A stretch of DNA of 34,932 bases from Candidatus Krumholzibacteriota bacterium (lineage in GTDB: Bacteria > Krumholzibacteriota > Krumholzibacteriia > Krumholzibacteriales > Krumholzibacteriaceae): assembly GCA_030672805.1 (NCBI GenBank), contig DAOVFR010000001.1, forward strand, positions 1-34,932. The letters are read 5' to 3'. The position numbers and the translations under genes are program-made. Shown here in pieces: positions 8,862 through 18,471 of the stretch. The first letter of the stretch is position 1. Each line of letters begins with the position of its first letter. Below the pieces are notes generated by a model that worked only from the letters and a program-made list of their open reading frames with translations, was not told the DNA's origin and did no database searches.

Positions 8862-10084
8862 ACATGACGACGACCGAAATCAGTACAGGTACGAAAACCC
8901 GGACGCCCGCCGTTCTCGGCGGAAACCCCGCATTCGAGAAAACAGTGTCGATCATCAGGCCCAATCTCCCTCCCTGGAGCAGCGTGTCGAAGCGCCTCGA
9001 GGACATCTATTCATCGAGGATGATCACAAACCACAAGACGGTAGAGGAACTCGAGACGAAGATGGCCCGTTTCGTTGGCTCCCGTCACGTCGTTGCGCTT
9101 TCTTCCTGCTCGTCCGGCCTGATCCTCACATTGAAGGCGCTCGGGATCACCGGCGAGGTCATCGTCCCGAGTTTCACATTCTCCGCCACGGGGCATGCGA
9201 TCTACTGGGCCGGCGCACGACCGGTCTTCGCGGACTGCAGCGAACGTGACTGGAACATTTCGATCGAATCGATCAGGAAGGCCGTCTCGAAAGATACGGA
9301 AGCGATCCTCGCCGTCCATATCTTCGGAAATCCGGCCCCGGTTCATGCCCTCGAGGAGATAGCCGAACAGCTCGGGATCCCGCTGATCTTCGACGCGGCC
9401 CACGCGTTCGGCGCAAGCGTCGGCAACCGTCGGATCGGCGGGTTCGGAACAGCCGAGATCTTCAGCCTGAGCCCGACCAAGCTCCTCACCGGCGGCGAGG
9501 GCGGACTTCTCGTAACGGACAGCGACGAGCTCGCCGCGAAGGTCAGGATGCTCCGCAATTACGGCGATCCCGGCACCTATGACTGTTTCGCGCCGGGTCT
9601 GAACGCGAGGATGGCGGAGTTCAACGCAGCCCTGGTACTCGAGGGACTTCCCCTCGTCGACCCCGAGATCACGAGCCGGCAGAACCTTGCCGGGATCTAC
9701 TACGGGGAGCTTTCCAGGCTGCCCGGGATCCGGTTCCAGGAGATTTCCGACGGCAGCCAGCATACGTACAAGGATTTCACGATCGTCGTCGACGAGAACG
9801 GGTTCGGCATTGACAGGGACGCGCTCCACAGGTGCCTGCTTGCCGAGAATATCCAGACGAAGAAGTATTTCTACCCCCCACTCCACATGCAGAGCGCCTA
9901 CATGAACCTGCCGCACCGGTCCGTCGACCTCACAGTCACGGAATGGCTCACCCACAACGTACTTACACTTCCCCTCTACTCGGCGCTGGGAAAGAAAGGG
10001 GTGGCCGGGATCGCCTCGGCGATCGCCTCTATCCATGCACATACACGGGAAATCGGGCTCACCCGGCGGCAGCTACAGGGTTAA
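8858..10084 (+). CDS. DegT/DnrJ/EryC1/StrS-family PLP-dependent sugar aminotransferase
   Basis: Family-typical motifs are present: GNPAFEK near the N-terminus, VIVPSFTFSATGHAIYWAG, DAAHAFGA, and the PLP-lysine context FSLSPTKLLTGGEGGLLVT. The start is translationally coupled to the upstream acetyltransferase. Confidence 0.9.
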   Translation: MNMTTTEISTGTKTRTPAVLGGNPAFEKTVSIIRPNLPPWSSVSKRLEDIYSSRMITNHKTVEELETKMARFVGSRHVVALSSCSSGLILTLKALGITGEVIVPSFTFSATGHAIYWAGARPVFADCSERDWNISIESIRKAVSKDTEAILAVHIFGNPAPVHALEEIAEQLGIPLIFDAAHAFGASVGNRRIGGFGTAEIFSLSPTKLLTGGEGGLLVTDSDELAAKVRMLRNYGDPGTYDCFAPGLNARMAEFNAALVLEGLPLVDPEITSRQNLAGIYYGELSRLPGIRFQEISDGSQHTYKDFTIVVDENGFGIDRDALHRCLLAENIQTKKYFYPPLHMQSAYMNLPHRSVDLTVTEWLTHNVLTLPLYSALGKKGVAGIASAIASIHAHTREIGLTRRQLQG

Positions 10085-10094
10085 AGGAGCAGAA

Positions 10095-11213
10095 ATGGCG
10101 AATATAGAGAATAGGAAGGTGTGGATACCTGAAGAACTCGAACCCCGCGGGGTCACGTACGACATGCTCCACGGAGCGGGCAGGATCTCGAAACAGAAGA
10201 TCCTGATCCTCGGCGGAGGAGGGTATCTCGGCTGCATCCTTGCACGTCTGCTGGTGGAGGACAATTACGATGTGACCGTTCTTGACCGGTTTTTCTACGA
10301 ACCGCAATCACTCCAGCGGATGCGAGGCCTGAACAATATCACAATTCATTGCGGTGACATCCGGGACCGGGAGCTGCTCGAGCACGTCATGGAGGGAAAG
10401 GACGCCGTCGTCAACCTGGCCGCGATCGTCGGCGATGAGGCCTGCCGTATCAATCCCGGGGCAACCGTGGACATCAACGTGAGAACCATCCGGCTGATTG
10501 CACGGTTCGCCAGGCAGGCCGGTGTCCGGAGGATCCTGCACACATCCACATGCAGCACGTACGGTAAGAACTGCGGCGGGCTTCTAAACGAGAACATTAA
10601 GCTCGAACCGCTCTCGCTCTACGCGGAGAGCAAAGTAGAGAGCGAGAGGGTCCTGATGGAGGAAACGGATAATGGCACGGCGCCGGCCTGTTGTATTCTC
10701 AGGTTGTCGACGCTCTTCGGATATTCCCACAGACCGCGCTTCGACCTCGTCGTCAACACTTTCACCGGGCATGCATGGAAGCATGGCAAGATCACGATCT
10801 TCGGTGGAAACCAGTGGAGACCCTTCCTCCACGTTGGCGACGCGGCAAGGGCGCTGAAAACGGCGATCGAGGCGCCCGCCGACCGTGTCGCAGGTATGAT
10901 CTACAACACCGGCGGGGAGGATCTGAACCTGACAATCATGCAGGTAGGACGGATGATCAGGGAAGTTCTGCCCCGTATCGAGCTAAATGTGAAGGCGGGA
11001 TCGGTCGATGAACGTGATTACCGTGTCGATTTCTCGCTGATCCGGGAGAACCTCGGTTTCGATCCGGCGTACAGTATCTCGAACGGCGTACTCGAGCTCG
11101 TACACGCACTCGACACGGGCGAGATGATCGACCCTGAACACCCGGTCTATTCCAACTGCAAGTGGCTGACCGACAACCCTGAACTGCTCGAGGAGCCCGC
11201 GGTCCTCGTCTGA
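10095..11213 (+). CDS. NAD-dependent sugar epimerase/dehydratase (extended SDR)
   Basis: The preferred start is the ATG at 10095, 5 nt after AAAGGAG; the track ORF begins at 10035. The Rossmann motif is ILILGGGGYLGCILARLL and the catalytic YxxxK is YAESK. Confidence 0.85.
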   Translation: MANIENRKVWIPEELEPRGVTYDMLHGAGRISKQKILILGGGGYLGCILARLLVEDNYDVTVLDRFFYEPQSLQRMRGLNNITIHCGDIRDRELLEHVMEGKDAVVNLAAIVGDEACRINPGATVDINVRTIRLIARFARQAGVRRILHTSTCSTYGKNCGGLLNENIKLEPLSLYAESKVESERVLMEETDNGTAPACCILRLSTLFGYSHRPRFDLVVNTFTGHAWKHGKITIFGGNQWRPFLHVGDAARALKTAIEAPADRVAGMIYNTGGEDLNLTIMQVGRMIREVLPRIELNVKAGSVDERDYRVDFSLIRENLGFDPAYSISNGVLELVHALDTGEMIDPEHPVYSNCKWLTDNPELLEEPAVLV

Positions 11214-11245
11214 CGCACCTGCGCCCGGCAACTCTCATGAGGTGG

Positions 11246-13837
<2,592 letters not shown>

Positions 13838-13858
13838 GGTAGTTCTCCTTTATCGATC

Positions 13859-13886
13859 AGTATCACATCAATATCATATTGTTCAA
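13859..13886 (-). promoter_or_regulatory. Candidate sigma70-type promoter upstream of clpB
   Basis: In minus sense the site reads TTGAAC, a 16-nt spacer, then GATACT, ending about 20 nt upstream of the AAAGGAG RBS and ATG. This is a pattern match only. Confidence 0.3.
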
Positions 13887-14060
13887 TTCGCAGCAAGCAT
13901 GCCACTCGGGCCGCTTTCAACGACAAGCATTCAATTCCTTTAATTACAATATGTTAGCTGATCTGCCGGAATGGAGTGATACTACCGTGGGGAAAGGTAC
14001 ATTGACGGAATGAGTCATTTTGGCACATTGATTCAATGATTTAGCGCCAATATGGCATAT

Positions 14061-15899
14061 TTAATTCCTTTTTATGTGATCGAAATCAAAGATGTAAGGC
14101 ACATTGAACATGATCTTGGCGACATTTGCCTCGTCAACGGACACGTGTCTAACTTTCGGGCGGGTCAACCCGAGCATTATGTGGCCGTTGTCGTAACTGT
14201 GCCCCATCCCGAGAATATGACCGAATTCATGTGCGTAGATCATGTCGGCGTATCTGAAAACCCACACTCCGGAGTACTTGGTGTAGATTCTTATTTCCTT
14301 TCTCCCGGGAGTCCCGTCTGGATTGACTTCAGTAACTTTAACGTAATGAGGATGGTTAACCAATATCGTATCGTAGACAACCCTCACATCCGCTTCTGAT
14401 TCATCCTGTGTCTCTATGAAGAGATGATCCTTGCCGGTTTTAATCTCCCAGTCCTCCATGGCGCCCCGGCAGAACTCACCGAGGTCAAGGGTCATCGTGT
14501 CATGCCTGACGACGAATTCGGGGTTGTATACGGTTATCGGGAGATGATTCCAGTTCCTCTTGATCGTGGGTTCCGTCGGTCTTCCCGTCGTCAGCGAGAG
14601 TTGCCTGAAAAAGTCGAGGAAATCGGAATAATATTCTTCCGGGTTCACCGCGCTGACGAATTCGATGACCGGCATGATATACAGGTCGAGAGAGAAATGC
14701 CAGTTCAGATCTCCCAGTGGACACACCATATCATGATAGTCACCGATAAAGCCCCCACCGTAGAGCTCGTCCCGTGCGGCTATCTGGCTCGTGTACAGGG
14801 GAAGGTTATCGATCTGGTACCTCCCCGACGCATCCGTCGTGTCCATCTTGCCGTCCGCCGATACGAAGATACCCTCGACCCCATGCCCCGTTTGCAGGTC
14901 GATCACGTACCCCTCGGCGTCGATTCCCCTGATGAGAAGATGAACGTTGTTACCGATCGGCGACAGGTTGAAAAAGTCATCGATCGCCCTGATCGTCACG
15001 AACGTATACGTGCCGGGATTGAGTCCGGAGACGATCATCGATTCTCTCGTGCCCGCTTCGGACGGCAACGGTTCCCCGTTCTTGTCTGAGGCATCGCGCC
15101 AGTCGCATTCCGACAGAACAGGCGTCGTCGAGGTCCTCACGATATACGCGGCCGTCTTGCCTGAGGTGGTGTCGTCACCCGGCGCCGTCCACTCGAGCCG
15201 GATGGTGCCCGGGCTGTCCCCGGTCCAGCCCTCGAGATCGATGATCGAGGAAGGATGTATCGTATCGGGAAATCCCGTTACGTTCACGTCCCAGTTTACC
15301 GTGTCGCCGTACTCGCCGTCCCATACGATGCCCCTGAGATTGAAGACGCCAAGCTCCATGAAACGGTGTTCGAAATCAGGCGTGTCCGTATAAAAGTTCA
15401 CGCCGACCAGCTTGAACAGGTAGATGTTAAGATCCGGGTAATCCGGATCGACACTGAAGTGAAAATCGAGCGTATCCCCCACGACGACCGAGACGTCGTT
15501 CTGGTCCGGATTGCGCCATACGATCACGGGAGGCTCGATCTGCTTCTCGTAAACGGTTATATGCCAGTCATGGAAGGTGAACACACTGCCATCGTATGCC
15601 CGTCCCTCTATGCGGTATTTACCGGCACTTACCGCGTTGAAGACGGCCCGGTTCTCCGTGCTCAGTATGGAATCCCCAAGGAGAAACCGGTACTCGAGCT
15701 GGTCGTTATCGGGATCGATCGCATTCAACACCAGCGTGATCGATTCCAGAACCTCAAGCGTAATGTATGTTTCGACAGGCTGATATGACTTGATAATCGG
15801 GGGTGTGTTCGGAACAAGCGGATCATTCTGGAATAAACAGGACCCAACACCCAACATCAGAACGAGAACGGTTGCAAGCTCGATCCTCTTCCACATCAT
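14061..15899 (-). CDS. Surface lipoprotein with a C-terminal metzincin-type zinc metalloprotease domain and N-terminal Ig/cadherin-like, FN3-like and CarboxypepD_reg-like segments
   Basis: The preferred start is the ATGATG at 15894-15899 after GAGAGGGGAA, giving MMWKRIELATVLVLMLGVGSC, which has a lipobox. The zinc motif HEFGHILGMGH (HExxHxxGxxH) is encoded at 14199-14231. Upstream segments resemble cadherin/PKD-like repeats (NAIDPDNDQLEY), FN3 (GTIRLEWTAPGDD) and a carboxypeptidase-regulatory fold (GIFVSADGKMDTTDASGRYQIDNLP). Confidence 0.75.
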   Translation of the reverse strand: MMWKRIELATVLVLMLGVGSCLFQNDPLVPNTPPIIKSYQPVETYITLEVLESITLVLNAIDPDNDQLEYRFLLGDSILSTENRAVFNAVSAGKYRIEGRAYDGSVFTFHDWHITVYEKQIEPPVIVWRNPDQNDVSVVVGDTLDFHFSVDPDYPDLNIYLFKLVGVNFYTDTPDFEHRFMELGVFNLRGIVWDGEYGDTVNWDVNVTGFPDTIHPSSIIDLEGWTGDSPGTIRLEWTAPGDDTTSGKTAAYIVRTSTTPVLSECDWRDASDKNGEPLPSEAGTRESMIVSGLNPGTYTFVTIRAIDDFFNLSPIGNNVHLLIRGIDAEGYVIDLQTGHGVEGIFVSADGKMDTTDASGRYQIDNLPLYTSQIAARDELYGGGFIGDYHDMVCPLGDLNWHFSLDLYIMPVIEFVSAVNPEEYYSDFLDFFRQLSLTTGRPTEPTIKRNWNHLPITVYNPEFVVRHDTMTLDLGEFCRGAMEDWEIKTGKDHLFIETQDESEADVRVVYDTILVNHPHYVKVTEVNPDGTPGRKEIRIYTKYSGVWVFRYADMIYAHEFGHILGMGHSYDNGHIMLGLTRPKVRHVSVDEANVAKIMFNVPYIFDFDHIKRN

Positions 15900-15931
15900 T
15901 TCCCCTCTCAGGGGATGGGGTCTCTTCAAGT

Positions 15932-15960
15932 AAAATATAACATTGATCATGTTGAGTCAA
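15932..15960 (-). promoter_or_regulatory. Candidate sigma70-type promoter of the metzincin lipoprotein gene, with an inverted repeat in the spacer
   Basis: In minus sense the site reads TTGACT (15955-15960), a 17-nt spacer, then TATTTT (15932-15937), about 30 nt upstream of the start codon. The spacer contains the inverted repeat AACAT-N5-ATGTT (15939-15953). Confidence 0.4.
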
Positions 15961-15993
15961 ATATCCTTGCGACTTTCCCCCGGAAGGGTTACC

Positions 15994-16003
15994 GGGGGGG
16001 GGG
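15994..16003. repeat. G10/C10 homopolymer abutting a 7-bp GC hairpin
   Basis: Ten consecutive G are read directly at 15994-16003. CCCCCGG (15977-15983) and CCGGGGG (15992-15998) form a 7-bp stem around an 8-nt loop. The tract is intergenic, between the stop of the small ORF (16015) and the metzincin promoter. Confidence 0.9.
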
Positions 16004-16014
16004 TGTACGAGAGG

Positions 16015-16353
16015 CTACCCGGAGGAGGCATACCGCCTGCACGTAACAGCCAGGTAGGATTTCAGGGAATGATCGAGGGCCCAGAAATATTCATCGGCGC
16101 CGGAAACACGGATGCTCACCCTGCCTGTCGTTCCGACCGTGACCCGGAACAGCTCCGTGTAGGGAGAAACTGCGACCAGAAAACCGGATGGGGAACGGAA
16201 ACGGATCTCGAATGGAGCAACCTCTGTCACGATATCCCCGCCCAAACCCGCTACCTCGGTGCAGAGCCTGACAAACAGGAACCTGGTTGCATCCGCATCG
16301 ATGCGCGCTGACAGCTTTTCGATACCCGCCGCCGCGTTATCCAGCCGCTTCAT
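16015..16353 (-). CDS. Hypothetical small protein, third gene of the ParA-CBM48 module
   Basis: ORF 16015..16374. The start at MKRLDNAAAG (16353) would overlap the upstream gene's end by 17 nt. I recognise no motif, and it is the same-strand distal gene of a coupled operon. Confidence 0.45.
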   Translation of the reverse strand: MKRLDNAAAGIEKLSARIDADATRFLFVRLCTEVAGLGGDIVTEVAPFEIRFRSPSGFLVAVSPYTELFRVTVGTTGRVSIRVSGADEYFWALDHSLKSYLAVTCRRYASSG

Positions 16354-17137
16354 TCTCCTTGCTCCTCCTGGCACTGCTCAGAACCTGTAAGAGCGTCTGG
16401 GCCAGGTCCGTGAAAAACGGGTCCGATGGAGGCCTCCGCTGGCCGAGGCCCCGCAGGATACTGGCCGGCGCCGGCATGATCCCGCAGGCCGTATCGCCGG
16501 GCGGGCAGGCGGGCGCCGAGGCGGCAAGGTAGATGAACACATCGGGGTAACGATCCCTGATCCGCATCATCTTCCGTTGTAACGATCCCCTGCCGCTTCC
16601 CGGCTCCATGATGACGATCACGTCGGGTGATGGAGATCGACCGCCGCCGTTGACGCGGTAATGCACCGAGCACTCCTCGATCATACGGAACGGCTTGCTG
16701 TCCGGAACCGGGTCATCATATATGAATGCCGAGATAATGATATGCGGAAACCCGGGACACGGAGATCCCGGGTCATGATTCGCGAGGGAGTGCGGCGATG
16801 GGGAAAAACAGTACCGGAGCAAGGGCCCGGCCTGTCCCTCAACCACTGCCCCATCATCGAGGGTCACCGAAAGGTAGCGGGAAGGGTCGAGACCGTAATA
16901 GTAACCGATGTTCGGCAGGGAACGGCACACATCGAGAAGTGTGACCCCCATCCCCTGGCCGGCAAACCCTCCCGCGACACCCGCTGCAAGGAACGCACGT
17001 GCCGGATGGCGGCCGGAAACGGCCAGCCAGACACCAGCTTCCGTTTTGTTTTGCGGATACCCATTCGTATGTTCTCGTTCCGACAGAAAGAGGTGGGAAA
17101 CGTCAGCAAGCCGCTTTGGTGCTTTCCGTGAAGGCAT
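16337..17137 (-). CDS. ParA/MinD-like paralogue with degenerate nucleotide-binding motifs (putative pseudo-ATPase or adaptor)
   Basis: The start ATG (complement of 17135-17137) lies 2 nt after the upstream TAA. Segment order mirrors ParA: VWLAVSGRHPARAFLAAGVAGGFAGQGMGVTLLDV sits where Walker A and A' would be, but the KGG and GKT residues are lost. PHIIISAFIYDD sits at the Walker B position. DVIVIMEPGSGRGSLQRKMMRIRDRY parallels DVLIPFDPSYFSLQGLGKLRETL of the upstream ParA. The N-terminus MPSRKAPKRL is basic. Confidence 0.55.
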   Translation of the reverse strand: MPSRKAPKRLADVSHLFLSEREHTNGYPQNKTEAGVWLAVSGRHPARAFLAAGVAGGFAGQGMGVTLLDVCRSLPNIGYYYGLDPSRYLSVTLDDGAVVEGQAGPLLRYCFSPSPHSLANHDPGSPCPGFPHIIISAFIYDDPVPDSKPFRMIEECSVHYRVNGGGRSPSPDVIVIMEPGSGRGSLQRKMMRIRDRYPDVFIYLAASAPACPPGDTACGIMPAPASILRGLGQRRPPSDPFFTDLAQTLLQVLSSARRSKENEAAG

Positions 17138-17139
17138 GG

Positions 17140-18213
17140 TTAGACGATCAACAACGAGTTTTCCTGGCCGAACTCGTTCAGCACGGAGTCGGTATTGGCG
17201 GGATCCTTGATCCATACCCCGTCAACGATGAACCGGTACTCGTACTCTCCGGGTTCGAGATGAAGAACGGCCTTCCATAATCCGTCCTTGCCGTCCCGGC
17301 TCATCCTGATACCGTCGCGGGACCAGTTCGTGAATTCACCGGTTATGTACACGCTGTTTGAGTTCGGAGCATCCAGCATGAATAACATGCCCTCCTCCAC
17401 TTTCCTCGGTCCGTGAAGCCTGATCATCCAATCCTCGATATCGACTGTATCCAATACTGACACCCTTTCTTCGATCTCGCCCGCCAGCGAGAGGAATTCC
17501 CGCTTCAGCCTGCCGGTGTCCCGCATCTGGAAGATCGAAACACCCCTCAAGGCCGCTTCCTTGTACCTGACTGAATGGCTGATCGTGCTTTCCATCACGA
17601 CCGAACCGTGTTTCCTGTCGATCTCCGCCACGATGTCACGGGAGAAATTCGTTCTCTTCTCCAGGTTGTTGATCAACACGTGAACCGCCACCCTGTGCCT
17701 GGTTTCGCTCTCGAGGAGATCCAGCGTTTCCCTCAGTTTCCCAAGCCCCTGCAGCGAGAAGTAACTAGGGTCGAAAGGTATAAGAACGTCACTCGCCGCG
17801 ATAAGTGCATTGAATGTCAACAGACCAACGTTCGGTGGCGAATCGATGATGATATAATCGTACAGATCCGCGATCCTGGCTGTTTTCGATACCAGCTTTC
17901 CCTCCCGGGCCGGTTTTCCCGAAAGTTCCTGTTCGACCGCGCTGAGGATCGGCGAGGCCGCGATGATATCGAAATCCCCATCGATGTTCAATGCCGCTTC
18001 CGGTATCCTGAGACGGGGATTCATCAACAGGTCATACGACGTATGCTCGACATCGTCCAGAAACACGTTCAACCCTATCGAGGCATGAGATTGGGGATCG
18101 AGATCGATCAGAAGCACCCGCCTGCCCATCTCCTTGAAAGCAGCGGCAAGGTTGATCGAAACGGTCGTCTTGCCGCAACCTCCTTTCTGGTTTATCACCG
18201 AGACGGTTCGCAT
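17140..18213 (-). CDS. ParA/MinD-family P-loop ATPase fused to a C-terminal CBM48/AMPK-beta-type glycogen-binding (E-set) domain
   Basis: The preferred start is the ATG at 18211-18213 after AAGGGAGAG, giving MRTVSVINQKGGCGKTT with the deviant Walker A signature lysine. LLIDLDPQ is the A' motif and YIIIDSPP is Walker B. The C-terminal ~85 aa (17143-17391) read MLFMLDAPNSNSVYITGEFTNWSRDGIRMSRDGKDGLWKAVLHLEPGEYEYRFIVDGVWIKDPAN, the classic CBM48/AMPK1_CBM pattern. Confidence 0.85.
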   Translation of the reverse strand: MRTVSVINQKGGCGKTTVSINLAAAFKEMGRRVLLIDLDPQSHASIGLNVFLDDVEHTSYDLLMNPRLRIPEAALNIDGDFDIIAASPILSAVEQELSGKPAREGKLVSKTARIADLYDYIIIDSPPNVGLLTFNALIAASDVLIPFDPSYFSLQGLGKLRETLDLLESETRHRVAVHVLINNLEKRTNFSRDIVAEIDRKHGSVVMESTISHSVRYKEAALRGVSIFQMRDTGRLKREFLSLAGEIEERVSVLDTVDIEDWMIRLHGPRKVEEGMLFMLDAPNSNSVYITGEFTNWSRDGIRMSRDGKDGLWKAVLHLEPGEYEYRFIVDGVWIKDPANTDSVLNEFGQENSLLIV

Positions 18214-18267
18214 GATCTCTCCCTTCTGCCTGCCGCCGGGCGGCTTCACCGCAACGCTACCTAATGG

Positions 18268-18299
18268 AAAAAGGCCAAATCATCCTTGATGATCCGGCC
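18268..18299 (-). terminator. Rho-independent terminator in minus sense
   Basis: The minus-sense RNA is GGCCGGAUCAUC-AAG-GAUGAUUUGGCC followed by UUUUU. The stem is 12 bp including two G-U pairs. On the plus sense those pairs would be A-C mismatches, so the hairpin is strand-specific. It lies about 55 nt upstream of the ParA-CBM48 start and 240 nt downstream of the DUF212 stop. Confidence 0.6.
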
Positions 18300-18465
18300 C
18301 GATCAAAATCTATCGCTAATTCCAAGCATACCCATGAGGAACAGGGACTCCCGCCATAGATTCACCCTGTCCTTCGCACCTTTCTACATCCCGTGTATTT
18401 CCCTGTCGGCTATACTCCTTTGGACTTGAACAAACGCTGCCCTGTATGGTGAAAACATTGAATCC
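18268..18465 (-). ncRNA. Candidate ~200-nt sRNA or cis-regulatory leader (GGA-rich), bounded by a promoter-like site and an intrinsic terminator
   Basis: The unit runs from the predicted promoter at 18472-18522 to the terminator at 18268-18299. It contains no convincing ORF. It has nine GGA trinucleotides on the minus sense against three on the plus sense, and an internal hairpin AAGGACAGGG..CCCUGUUCCU. I recognise no Rfam family by eye. Confidence 0.3.
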
Positions 18466-18471
18466 ACAGTC

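Noticed and set aside
14022-14038. A sigma54-like TGGCAC-N5-TTCA site and the palindrome CATTGA-T-TCAATG downstream of the metzincin gene.
   Set aside because: The -12 element lacks the GC, and the site points on the plus strand into the 3' end of a minus-strand gene. The palindrome leaves a 1-nt loop, so it cannot be a terminator hairpin. Its significance is unclear.
14061-14400. Lower GC at the 3' (catalytic) end of the metzincin gene, considered as a sign of horizontal acquisition.
   Set aside because: I estimated it by eye on only a few 60-nt lines. No flanking mobility genes, tRNA or direct repeats support it, so it stands only as a minor note.
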